A stretch of 64,000 nucleotides of DNA from Mobula hypostoma (taxonomy: Eukaryota): NCBI RefSeq assembly GCF_963921235.1, contig NC_086097.1:232936001-233000000 (forward strand), in the 5' to 3' direction. The notes under the pieces are model-generated. The model searched no databases. It had not been told where the DNA came from and saw nothing but the letters and a program-made list of their open reading frames with translations. Positions 49,145-61,915 of this stretch are shown piece after piece. How positions within the stretch are numbered: the stretch's first letter is position 1; every line of letters starts with the position of its first letter. Position numbers and translations under genes: made by a program.

Positions 49145-49803
49145 ATCCTGAAGAAGGGTCTTGGCCCGAAACGTCAACTGTCTCTTTACTTCCATAGTTG
49201 CTGCCTGACCCTGCTGAGCTTTTCCAGCATTTTGTGTGTGAAATACTGGAGGAACTCAGCAGCATCTATGGAAATGAATAGCTAATCGATGTTTTGGACC
49301 ATGAGGTAAAAAGTCAGAGTGGGGTATAGGGGAAGTGGTGGGGGAAAATTTATTTACTGGAATTTGTTTACCGCTTCACTGAGCACCTCTGCACCACCTA
49401 ATTCCCATTCCTGATCCGACATGTTGGTCCATGGCCTCCTCCTCTAGTGCCGAGATGAGGCCTTCCTCAGGGTGGAGGAGTAGCACCCTATATTCTGTCT
49501 GGGTAGCCTCTAACCTGATGGCATGAATATTGATTTCCCCTGCTTCTTCCACTAATCCCCAATCTGACTTTTTACCTCTTCCCACCTGCCAATTACTCCC
49601 CCTGGGTCCCCTCTTCCTTCCCTTTCTCCCGTTGTTCACTCTCCTCTCCAATCAGATTCCTTCTTCCTGAACCCTTGACCTTTCCTTCACACCTAGCTTC
49701 ATCTATCACCTCCCAGCTAGCCTCCTCCTCCCACCTTTTTATTCAGGCATCTTCCCCTTTCCTTCTCAGTTCTGAAGAAGTGTCTCAGGCTGAAACGTCA
49801 ACC
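49145..49803 (+). mobile_element. Penelope-like fragments (pLTR pieces, GIY-YIG C-terminus)
   Basis: CTGAAGA..GAAACGTC motifs near 49148 and 49772; DNA at 49372-49535 is homologous to 7470-7680. Confidence 0.7.
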
Positions 49804-49804
49804 A

Positions 49805-50852
49805 AGAGTGGATATAGGACTGCAAGAAAATGAGGCCGGAGAAATAATAATGGTGGAAAGGAGATGGCAGATGAACTACACTGCATCAGTCTTCACAGTG
49901 GAAGACACAATCAGTGTGCCAGATGTTGAAGGGTGTGAGGGAAGAGAGGTGATTTCAAAAATCATTGGACTCTGGCATGGTGCCAGACGACAGGAAAATT
50001 GAAAATGCCACCCCACTCTTTAAGAAAGGAGGTCGGCAGAAGGCAACCTCAGTGGTGGGGAAGATGTTGGAGTCAATTGTTAAGAATGAGGTTATGGAAT
50101 ACTTGGTGACGTAGGACAAGATAGGACAAAGTCAGCATGGTTTCCTTAAGGGAAAATCTTGCCTGACAAACCTTTTGGAATTTTTGTGATTACAGTACAA
50201 GTAGGATAGATAAAGGGGATGCAGTGAATGTTGCATATTTGAAGGCCTTTGACAAGGTGCCTCACATAAGGCTCATTACCAAGATAAGAGTCCATGTAAT
50301 TACAGGAAAATTACTGGCATGATTAGAGTATTGGCTAATTGATAGGAGGCAGCGAGTGGGAATAAAAGGATCCTTTTCTGGTTGGCTGCCAGTGACTAGT
50401 GGTGTTCCACAGAGGCTGGTGTTGGGACCACTTCTTTTTATGTGTATGTGAATGATTTAGATGATGTAATAGATGGCTTTGTTGCCAAGTTTGCAGATGA
50501 TACAAAGATTTGAGGAGGGGCAGGTAGTGATGAGGAGACAAGAAGGCTGCAGAAGTCTTAGACAGATTAGAAGAATGGGCAAGAAAGTGTCAAATGAAAT
50601 ACAATGTTGGAAAAATGCATGGTCATGCAGTTTGGTGGTAGAAATAAATGTGCAGACTATTTTCTAAATGGGGAGAAAATCCAAAAATCTGAGATGCAAA
50701 GGGACTTGGGAGTCTTTGTGCAGAACACCCTCAAGTTTAACTGGTAGTAGAGCTGGTGGTGAAGAAGGCAAATGCAATGTTAGCTTTCATTTCAAGAGGT
50801 CTTGAATACAAGAGCAGGGATGTGATGCTGAGGCTTTATAAGGCACTAGTGA
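49805..50852 (+). mobile_element. Decayed CR1 ORF2 fragment
   Basis: DNA encoding QHGFLKGKSCLTNL, KAFDKVPH and KFADDTK. Confidence 0.85.
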
Positions 50853-51044
50853 AATTTTGAAATCTGATGGTGGAGGGGAAGAAGCTGTTCCTAAAACATT
50901 GAGTGTGTGACCTCAGACTCCTTTGCCTCCTTCACGATGGTAGCAATGGGATGAAGGCATGTCCTCAGTGATCGAAGTCCTTAATGATGGTTGTGGCCTT
51001 TTTAGGTATCGCCATTTGAATACGTCCATGTTGACTCTACTTTA

Positions 51045-51681
51045 GATTAGTATTTTTTTGGATTATGAGGACATGCAGTCCCCTTTTATTGTCATTTAGT
51101 TATGCATGCATTAAGAACTGATACAATGTTTCTCCAGAATGATATCACAGAAACACATGACAAACTGACTGAAGAACTCACAAAAACCACATAGTTATAA
51201 CATATAGTTACAACAGTGCAAAGCAATACCGTAATTTGATATGGCACGGTTAAAAGTCTCGAAGTCTCTCTACAGTCCCATCATCTCACGCAGACGGTGA
51301 ACCTCCAGCGCCGCCAACTTGCCGATGCAGCATCCTGGAAGCATCCGACCACAGTCCAACTCCGAGTCCGTCCGAAAACTCCGAGCCTCCGACCAGCTCT
51401 CCGACACCGAGCACCATCTCTGCCGAGCACTTCGACCTCGACCCCAGCAACAGGCAATAGGCAAGGCCAAGGATTTGGGGCCTTCGTCTCCGGAGATTCT
51501 CGATCGCACAGTAGCAGTGGCAGTGAAGCAGGCATTTCAGAAGTTTCTCCAGATGGTCCTCTGTGCTTCTCACGGCTGTCTCCACCAAATCAGGATTGTG
51601 CACGACCCCTAGTTAACACATATTGATATCATTCGGAACGGCCCCGCGCGCTGCGTCACGCCGCCATCTTCTCCTCCCTCC
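51045..51681 (-). mobile_element. ~650-bp non-autonomous retroposon, copy 4
   Basis: Reverse complement starts GGAGGGAGGAGAAGATGGCGGCG and ends GGGGACTGCATGTCCTCATAATC. Confidence 0.85.
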
Positions 51682-54214
51682 GAATCTTGATCTTGTTCCT
51701 GCAATTGAATAGTTAACTGCAAATACAAAAGCACCCGGACTTGCACATTAGAACAGATTGCAGATACAACTTGAGGATTTAGTTTCACTTTTTGTTTTAA
51801 ATGTTTATTTATTCTGATTCCATCGAAACTGTTACAATCAGTATCTTGAAGTATTATTTTTAGTTCTGTAAAATTATTCAAATTCATACTTAAGATACAA
51901 GCACTGGTGGCAAGGATATCATTAATTTCCCTTGAGGAGTTTATGGAGAGCTGTCTCTTTGAACTGCCAATGTCTTTCTGATGAAGCCACTTCCAGAGTT
52001 CTGACAGAGAGTGAGTTCCCAGCAAAAATGATGGACTGGTCATATATGTCCAAATCATGTTTGCAGGGACATCAGAGGACATTTGCAGCTGGTGGTGGGA
52101 ATGAATAATTAGGGTGGCTGATGGAGTAACATTTAAGATAGCTGCTATATTCTGGAAGGTGTTCAAGTTTTTGGGAAAGGTTGAGGCTTCACTCACCCGG
52201 GTAAATGAAGATCATTATATCATACTCTGTATTTGTGCATTGCAGATGGTTTTGGAGTATCAGGAGGGGAGTCAGTCACCACAGAGTTCTCACCGTCTGA
52301 CCAACTCTCATGGCCATGGTACTTATGGCGCTAGTCCAGCTGACTTATTGTTTAATAGTGACCTCTCTGTGCATCCACGTAAGTATGTTGAAAGTGTGGG
52401 CACAGTCATAAAGCGTAGTGATAGCTGGATTCTATTTTAATAACTGAATGTTTTCATTTTGATTATCCTCTTCCAGTGGTTAACTTTGAAAGCTGAATTA
52501 ATATTTGCCTCACCTAAAATCAAGCTGTGCATGATTAACGGGTTGTACAATGTAATCTAATGTTTTCATAGTGTCATAGATTCATTGGGCACTACAGTAC
52601 AGAAATAGGCCCTTCAGCCCATCTAGTCCATGTTGAACCATTAGTCTGCCTAGTCCCACTGACCTGTACCTAGACCATAGCCTTCCATACCCTTCCCATC
52701 CATGTACTTAACCAAATTTCTCTTAAATGTTGAAATCAAACCCACATCCATCATTTCCACTGGTGGCTTTTGGCACATTCTCACTATCCTCTGAATGAAG
52801 AGATTCCCCTTCAGGTTCCTCTTGAGTATTTCACCTTTCACCCTTAACCTATGACTCTAGTTCTAGTCTTACCCAACCTCATGAACCTAGCCTGTTTGTA
52901 TTAACCCTATCTCTACCCCTTATATTAGGGAATTAATAATCATTAATAAGGAAAAATATTTCACAAATGAATATGAATGCTGGAAATATTGGAATGAATA
53001 CAGAAAATCTGGAAACACTCAGTACATCAGACAGCATCTGTGGAGGAAGAAGATTGAGTTAATGCTTCAGGTAGAAGAATGAGCTCTATTTCTCTTTCCA
53101 CAGATTTTGCCTGGCTTGTTTAGAGTTTAAAGATTGTCTGTTCTTCAATATGCCAAAAGACCCTCTGATTTATTGTATATGTCCTAGTGTTATTAATCCA
53201 CATAAAAGTCCATCACCCCCCAATTCCATTTTACGCCTATCTGAACTGATAACTTCATTGGAGATATTTTCCATTACTGAAGCACGTGGAAACATTTTAA
53301 GAGGCACAAAATTATATAAAAACAGAAAGTTTATGAGCTAATAAGACGAGTGTATCATAAGGCAGTGCGTTCACAGGAGTCATTTCTATCTTATTTCTGG
53401 TGTGGAGCCTTGCCAAGAATGCAAATTAATGAATCCATCTTTGGATCAATTGGTTTACCTAATGATCACAACATCCACAGAGTGTCTAATCTGCTCCCAG
53501 CAGGAAGCCCAAAGTCAAAAATTAATTCATCACAAGGAACACAGATGTATGCTTTGATTTGCAGGGGATGATTTATTAGTAGCAATTCCAAATTAAAGAT
53601 TAACATGCGTAACATTCTCCACTGCTGCCAGACAATTATCAGAAAGTAGGCCAATGAATCTTGAAGTGGATCTTGCTGGTCTGTACTAACCATCTTCAAA
53701 GTTCAAAGTTCATATTTCAAAGTAAATTTATTATTGAAGTACACGTATGTCTCCATATACAACCCCGAGATTAATTTGATAGGACTAGAAGACTATAAGA
53801 CATTGTAGGACAATTAGGCAAATCTGCTCTGCCATTCTACCATGGCAGATTTATTACCCATGTCAACCCCATAATCTTGCTTTCTCCCCATAACCTTTGA
53901 CATACTTGCTATCCCAACAGGACACTGGTGTTGGTATACACTTGTGAATGGTGGATAAATTGAGGAATCAGTCTACTTAAGCAAAATCTCTGAACATTGA
54001 GAAAGTGGATCAAACATCACTACCTCACTTAACATTTCTCTTTCCACTGGAACTGCCTGTGTATTTCCAGCATTTTTTGTTTTTATTTCAGTTTTTTTGT
54101 CTGATTACTGTTTTAAGGTGTTTTGTTTTTGTTTCATCTATGTACTTAAGTGCACATTCACAATAGAACAGAGAAATACAACAGAATCAATGAAAAACTA
54201 CACACAAACTAAGG

Positions 54215-54690
54215 TTGTAAAGAAGGATGTAAGAGTACAGAGAAAATTTACAAGGATACTGCCGGGTCTGGAGGATTTAAGTTATAAGGAAAGATTGGAG
54301 AGGTTAGGATTTTATTTCTTAGAACATAGAAGACTGAGAGGATATTTAAAAGAGGTATACAAAATTATGAGGTAAATTATAGGGTAAATGCAAGCAGGTT
54401 TTTCCCACTGTGGTTGGGTGGGACTACAACCAGAGGTCATGGGTTAAGGGTGAAAGATGAAAAGTGTTAAGGGAACTCCTTCACTCAGAGCGTCGTGAGA
54501 GTTTGGAACAAGTGGTGTATGTGAGCTCAAGTTCAATATTTAAGAGAAGTTTGTATAGATATGTGGATGATAGGGGTATGGAGGGCTATGATCTCCATGC
54601 AGGTTGACAAGAGTAGACAGCTTAATGGTTTGGTATGGACTAGATGGGCCAAAGGGCTTGTTTCTGTGCTGTACATTTCCATGACGATGA
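54215..54690 (+). mobile_element. CR1 3' fragment
   Basis: VQRKFTRILPGLEDLSYKERLERLG followed by a CR1-type 3' UTR. Confidence 0.85.
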
Positions 54691-55799
54691 CTCTAAAGAC
54701 TGACAATCAATGTGCAAAAGAAGACAAACTGGGATAATATAAATAAATAAATAAACAAACAATACACAAAAATAGTGAATAAATAAATAAATGATGCTGA
54801 GATCATGAGTTGCAGAGTCCTTGAGAGTAAGTCCACTGGTTGTGGCATCAGTTCAGTGCTGAGGCGAGTGAAATTAATCCACCCTGATTCAGGAGCTTGA
54901 CGGCTGAAGGGTATTCACTGATCCTGAACCTAGTGGTATTCTTGCCTGAATCAAGAATTAATAATTTCCAAATGTAATGTTACAGGAGCTTTGCAAACCA
55001 TTGTTGAGCAGGGTACAAGAATCATATTCCTCTGCGAATACATCAAATGTAAATGAATATTTTATAGTTCTTTCACTACTAAAATCAGATTACCTATTTC
55101 AAAAGGATGTATTTTGATGCCAATAGCCTTTCTATTTAAATAAACTACAGTAATACACCTGCCTCTCAATCAACTATTGTGCTCAAGGAAGTTTATCTGT
55201 AACAAAAGCCTCAGCCAATAATATTAATGGACCCAGACTGATGTGCTATCTAATTGAAAATAATATTACCTCTTTATCAGCTGATTGTACTCTGCATTCC
55301 TTTCAGAAGGTTGGCCTCATAGGATTGGTTTAGTAAAATGGGTAATTAGACTTTTTTGTGTTATAAGGTCAGCAACAATTCAGGAGCTTCAATGATCTGC
55401 GTAGTATTTTAATTCAAAATTTAATAGCCTCTAACTGAAACATGCATGTATGTAAATTTTGCCTGGTGATTACATTTTCAGTCCAAATCAAATTTATTGT
55501 CAAGTGAGATTATTCTTGCACTGAAAATGGTATGAAACACAACCACACAAGAAAGCAGAAGCAGGAATAGATCTATAATCCAGCCCTGCCATCCAATATG
55601 ATCATAGCTTATCTTCTCCACTCCTCAACTTCTCTCCAGTGCTAGTTCTATTTTCTTTCAGTTTCTCTAACTGTCAAAATGATCTAACTTCCCTTTCAGT
55701 ACATCCAGTTTTCTAGCTCCACAACTCTCTAGAATAGACAGTTCCAGAGTTTCGACACTCTCCTTGACAAGAACTTCTTATGCACCTCAGTTTTAAGCA

Positions 55800-56290
55800 G
55801 GCAGGCACAAGGAAGCAGCATCCATCATTAAAGACCCCCAACAACCAGCCATGCTCCTTTCTTGCTTCTACTAATCAGAAAAGAGTACAGGAGCCTTAGG
55901 ACTCACACCACCAGGATAAGGAACTATTATTACCTTTCCACCATCAGGCTCTTGAACCTTCATTCACCACAACACCTACTGATTGCTGAACACAATCTTT
56001 GGACTCACTTTCAAGGATTCTACAGGTCATGTTCTCAGTATTATTTGTTTGCTTTATCTATCTATTTATTTATTTATTCATTCATCTAATTATTTATTAT
56101 TTGTTCTTTTTTCGTATTTGTATGGTGTCTTTTGTATGTTGCTTGCTCATCAGTCCTTGTGCATAGTTTTTTATTGATTCCACTTTATTCCTTTGTTCTA
56201 CTGTGAATGCCTGCATGAAAATGAATTTGAGAGTCGTATTTGGTGACATATAGATACTTGGATAGTAAATTTAGCTTGAACTTTGAACTA
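55800..56290 (+). mobile_element. Rex1/Babar 3' fragment
   Basis: RKEYRSLRTHTTRIRNYYYLSTIRLLN; TTGAAC-type tail. Confidence 0.7.
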
Positions 56291-57124
56291 ATCATATTAC
56301 CATGTCTCTTCAAATGAGATTTTCACACTGTCAGAAATATATGGCAAAATCTAACTTCTACTACCCCTTAAGTTTTATAAGTTTCAACAAGATTTTTCCT
56401 CATTCTTCTAAATCCCAAAGAACACATTCTAACTTATTTAACAGATTGTGATAGGTCAACACACTCATCATGCAAATTAACCCAACGAACCTCTTCTGAA
56501 TTGCCTCCAAAGCTACTACATCCGTTTGTAAATAGGAAGACCAGAATTGTGCACAGTCCGCTAGGTGTTGCATCTATACTCTGCAATTGTGACAATACTT
56601 CTCTGTTTTGAAATTCCAACCTATTACTTAGTTAGTTAGCTAGTTAGAGCTTTATCGTCATTGCTGAGGATGAGATTGTAGTGCTGGCCCATTCAGTGCA
56701 AATCAGCATAGTGGCAACCCAATTACTAAAAACACAATGACTACATTTAAAATAATGTCTGAGTTATTTGGAGTGACATCTAGGTTACAACTGAATTAAA
56801 AACAAGCAACTCTAACATTTAAAAATAAAGGCAAGTATGCCATTTGCTTTCTTAATTACTTACCTGCTGATGGTTTGTATTTTAAACCATCTTTCCTTCA
56901 CACATTTGCAGTCCCTTTCCATTTAGAAATGGTCTGCTCTTTATCTTCTGTTGCAGAAGTGCATGACCTCACACTTTGCTGCATTAAACTCCAATTGCCA
57001 CGATTTTGCCCAATCACTCATCTGAGCTGTTTCCTGGTGCAGAGTCCTAATTTGTCATTGCAGTAACTCATTTTTGTGTCATCAGCAAATTTGAACAACT
57101 CAAAATTTGATAAAGTTCTATACC

Positions 57125-57610
57125 TGTCCCTATACTTCCTCCCTCCCTACTATTCATGGCTTCAAGCAATTCTTGCAGATTGGGGCCATCTATTGTATCC
57201 GGTGCTCTTGGTGCAGCCTCCTCTACATCAATGAGACCTGACGTAGATTGGTGGAATGTTTCATCGACCACCTTTGCTCCATTGCCACAAAAGTCAGAAT
57301 TTCCCAGTGGCCACCATTTCAATTCACCTTTCCATTCCCATCCCGACATGTCAGTCCGTGACCTCCTCTATGGCCACACAATGGCTGGAGAAGGAATATC
57401 TCATACCCCTTCTGGGTAGTTTCCAAACTAGTAGCATGAACATGGCTTTCTCCCACCTCCCTCTTCTCTCATTTTTCCATTCCCCACTCTGGTTCTCCTT
57501 TCACTTCTTCTCATTTCCTCATCTGCTTATCACTTCCCACTGGTGTCTCTCCTCCTTCCCTTTCTCCCATTGTACAATGACCACTCCTATCAGATTCCTT
57601 CTTCTTTAGC
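57125..57610 (+). mobile_element. Penelope-like GIY-YIG fragment
   Basis: GLLYINETxRRL-like and FPVA..HFNSP.HS..DMSV peptides across frames. Confidence 0.7.
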
Positions 57611-58074
57611 CTTTCACATGAATGAATGTAAAGGACCTTATTCCCTGGATTACAGAGATTGAAGGATGGCCTGATAGGGGTACACAAGATCATAAGGGCC
57701 ATAGACAGAATGAAAAGACATAGTTTCTTAAGCACAAAGTATATCATGTTTTATACCCTTATGATCAAAGGTAACAGTCAGTGATTCAAAGCAAATTCAA
57801 TAGTTACAATGACATCATTTGTTTCGTTGTTTTTGGTTGATAGAGCTTTCATTGAATTGCATATCTACACCAGTGAATGTTCAAACATTTTGCTGAGATT
57901 CACACAGATGGTCCAAAAGCTTCTGGGGACTAAAGATCCCAAACTTCCAAAATTAAGTTGACAGGACTGTCTCATTACACACTATCCAAGCTTTTGATTA
58001 ATCAGCTGTACCTGTAACCATGCTAAGTGGCATCAGTCTGGTCTTCCAGCTTGAATTCAGTGACAGTTCAGTTA

Positions 58075-58590
58075 CTGTGTCCAGTTCTGGTCGCCTCACT
58101 ATAGGAAGGATGTGGAAGCATTGGAAAGGGTACAGAGGAGATTTACCAGGATGCTGACTGGTTTAGAGAGTATGGATTATGATCAGAGATTAAGGGAGCT
58201 AGGGCTTTACTCTTTGGAGAGAAGGAGGATGAGAGGAGAAATGATAGAGGTATACAAGATATTAAGAGGAATAGATAGAATTTATAGCCAGTGCCTCTTC
58301 CCCAGGGCACCACTGCTCAATAGAAGGGGACATGGCTTTAAGGTAAGGGTGGGAAGTTCAAGGGGGATACTAGGCGAAGGTTTTTTACTCAGAGAGTGGT
58401 TGGTGCATGCAATACCTTGCCTGAGTCAGTGGTGGAGGCAGATACACTCGTGAAGTTTAAGAGACTATTAGACAGGTATATGGAGGAATTTAAGGTGGGG
58501 GCTTATATGGGAGGCAGGGTTTGAGGGTCAGCGCAACAATGTGGGCCGAAGGGCCTGTACTGTGCTGTACTATTCTATGTTCTATGTTCT
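58075..58590 (+). mobile_element. CR1 3' fragment
   Basis: ORF 58112-58453; (TTCTATG)n tail. Confidence 0.9.
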
Positions 58591-59124
58591 ACAATGATGC
58601 AAAATAACTTAGCCCATATTGCCTGGATTGATGCAGGCCAATTAGCACAACCCCATTGTTTAACATTAGGCTGATATACAGTATATGAGAAAGATTCACG
58701 CTCACTTCACTTTGCAAACCATACCTCTGAGCAGTCAGCCCCTGTAGTAGGCCAGCAGCCTGTGCTCCGTAGACAATGGTGTTTGCAAAGCTGTACTTTA
58801 ACTTCAAATTGCTTGCAATTTACATTAAGATCTGAAGACAGGTTCTCATTTGAATTAATATCTGCTATATTTACATAATTTCATAACTTGAACTTGAATT
58901 TTTGTGTCCTTGAAAGTGAATCCAATGAAGGTTGCCTAAGGATAGGCAGGACATAAGTCAGCTGGATGAAGCAGTGGCAAATAAAATTAAATCTAAGTGT
59001 GAACTAATGCACTTTTGGAGTCAAGTTCTGGTTGGATCTTGGGATAGAAATCCATAGCTCACTGAAAATGGCAAACACACGTGGAAAAGCTATTGAAGAA
59101 TATATTCGCTCTGCTTGCCTTCAC

Positions 59125-61915
59125 AGACCATAAGGCCATAAGATATAGGAGCAGAACTAGGCAATTTCCATCTCAGCCCCAATCTCCTGCCTTCTCCCCA
59201 TATCCCTTTATGACCTTACCAATCAAGAATCTATCGAGCTCCGCCTTAAATAAACATAAAGACTTGTTCTCTACAATTGCCACTGGCAAAGAATTTCACA
59301 GATTCACAGCTCTCTGGCTAAAGACATTCCTCCTTATCTCCATTCTGAAAGAATGCCCCTCTATTCTGAGGCTGTGTGCTCTGCTCTTAGACTCTCCTAC
59401 CATGGGAAACATCCATTCCACATCCACTCTATCAAGGCCATTCATATTCAATAGGTTTCAATGAGGTCACCCGTCATTCTTCTGAATTCCAGTGAATACA
59501 GGTTCAGAGCCATCAAACTCTCTTTGTATGACAAGCAATTCAATCCTGGAATCATTTTCGTGAACCCCCTTCAAACCCTCTGCAGTTTCAACACATCATT
59601 TCTAAGATAAGGGGCCCAGACCTGCTCACAATATTCAAGTGAGGCATCACCAGTGCTTTATAAAGTTTCAACATTACATTCTTGATTTAAATGCTAGTCA
59701 TTTTAAAAAGAAAGCTAACATTGCATTTGCCTTCCTCCTCGCAGACTCAACCTGCAAATTAACCTTTAGGGAATCCTGCACAAGGACTCCCAAGTCCCTC
59801 TGCACCTCAGTATTTTTTAATTTTCTCTCCATTTAGAAAATAGTCAACACTTTTATTTCTTCTACCAAAGTGCATGACCGACACTTCCAGACATTGTATT
59901 CCATCTGTCATTTCTTTGCCCGTTCTTCTGTCCTTCCATAGCCCCTCTACTTCCTCAAAACTATGTGCCATTCCACCTATCTTCATATCGTCTGCAAACT
60001 TTGCAACAAAACTATCAATTACATCATCCAAATCATTGACATATAACCTAAAAAGAATCGGTCCCAACACAGACCCCTGTGGAACAAAGCTAGTCACCGG
60101 CAGCCAGCCAGGAAAGGCTCCCTTTATTCCTACTCTTTGCCTCCTGCCAATCAGCCACTGCTTTATCCATGCTAGAATCTCTCCTGTAATACTGTGGGCT
60201 TGTAGCTTGATAAGCAGCCTCATGTTTGGCTCCTTGTGAAAGCCCTCTGAAAATCGAAGTACACAACATCAAGCAATTCTCCTTTGAATAAGCTGCTCAT
60301 TATTTCTTCAAAGAATTCCAACAGATTTCTCAACAACTTTCCCTTGAGGAAACCATACTGACTACAAGTCTTCAAGTACGTTGAGACCTCATTCTTAATA
60401 ATCGACTCCAATATCTTCCCAGCCACTGAGGTCAAACTCCTTTCTTCAGCCTCTCTCCCTTCTTGAAGAATGGAGTGAGATTTGCAATTTTCCAGTCTCC
60501 CAGAATCATTCCAGAATTTAGTGATTCTTGAAAGATCATTTCTAATGCCTCCATGATCTCTTCAGCCACCTCTTTCTGGATGTACACCATCTGGTTCAAG
60601 TGACTTATCTACCTTCAGACCTTTCAAGTTCCCAAGAACCTTTTCTCTATTTAGAGTAACTTCACACACTTCATGCCCGCTGACACCTGGAACTTCCACA
60701 ATACTGCCAGTGTCTTCCAAGGTGAAGCCTGTTGCAAAATACAGTTCATCCACCACTTCATTGTCCACCATTACTTCCTCTCCAGTATTGTTTTCCAATG
60801 GTTCAATATCTACTCTCACCTCTCTTTAACACTTTATGTATCTGAAGAAACTTTTGGTATTCTCTTTAATATCATTAGCTAGCTTACTTTCGTATTCCAT
60901 CATTGGTGCACAATTCTGATTTGATGGAGGCAGACGTGAGAGCACGGAGGAACATCTGGTGAAACTTCTGAAATGCCCGCTTCGCTGCCGCTGCTACTGT
61001 GTGATCCAGAATCTCCGGAGGGGAAGGCCCCAAATCCTCGGCTTTGCCTGTTGCTTGGCGGCTGGGGCCAGGGTCGAAGCGCTCGGCAGAGATGGTGCTC
61101 GGTGCTCGGTGCTCAGTGCCGGAGGGCTGGTCGGAGGCTCAAAGTTTTCGGATGGACTCAGAGTCGGACCGTGGTCCGGTGCTTCCAGGATGTTGCATCG
61201 GCAAGTTTGTGGCGCTGGAATCTCATGGCAGGGGAAGTTTCTTCCTTCTACCGTCTGCGTGAGATGATGGGGCTATCGGGACTTGACACTTATTTTTCCG
61301 TGCCCATGATCTGTTCTTATCAAATTACTGTATAGCTTTGCACTGTTGTAACTATATGTTATAATTATGTGGTTTTTGTCAGTTTTAGTCTTGGTCTGTC
61401 TTGTGTTTCTGTGATATCATACCGGAGGAAGATTGTATCATTTTTTAATGCATGCATTTCTAAATGACAATAAATGAGGACTAAGTATCCTCATAATCTA
61501 ATTACCTTCTTAATAATTTTTTTTAGTCGCCTTCTGTTGGTGTTTAAAAACTTCCCAATCCTCTAACTTCCCAGTAATTTTTTTGCTCTATCATACACTC
61601 TCTCTTTGGCTTTGATGTTAGTTTTGACTCCTCTTGTTATCCACGGTTGTGTCATCTTTCCTTCTTCCTCGTTGGGATGTATATATCCTGCGCCTTCTGA
61701 ATTGCTTCCAGAAATTCCAGCCATTGCTGTTTTGCCGTAATCCCTGCCAGTGTTCTTTTCCAATCAATTCTGGCCAGCTCCTCTCTCATGCCTCTGTAAT
61801 TCCCTTTACCTCACTGTAATCCTGATACATCTTCTTCTCAAATTTCAGGGTGAATTCAATCATATTGTTATCATACTCCTCTAAGGGCTCTTTTACCTTA
61901 AGCTCTCCAATCAAC
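59125..61915 (-). mobile_element. Decayed CR1 ORF2 + 3' end, interrupted by retroposon copy 5
   Basis: Minus ORFs with VPQGSVLGP, KFADD, FDFQRAF and QPWITR. Confidence 0.9.
60907..61502 (+). mobile_element. ~650-bp non-autonomous retroposon, copy 5 (5'-truncated)
   Basis: Starts at GTGCACAATTCTGATTTG, about 80 nt into the consensus, and retains the hairpin-like sequence and ATAATCTAAT tail. Confidence 0.85.

Noticed and set aside
51609..52196. 195-aa minus-strand ORF
   Set aside because: No recognisable domain, and it runs into retroposon copy 4; probably a chance open frame.
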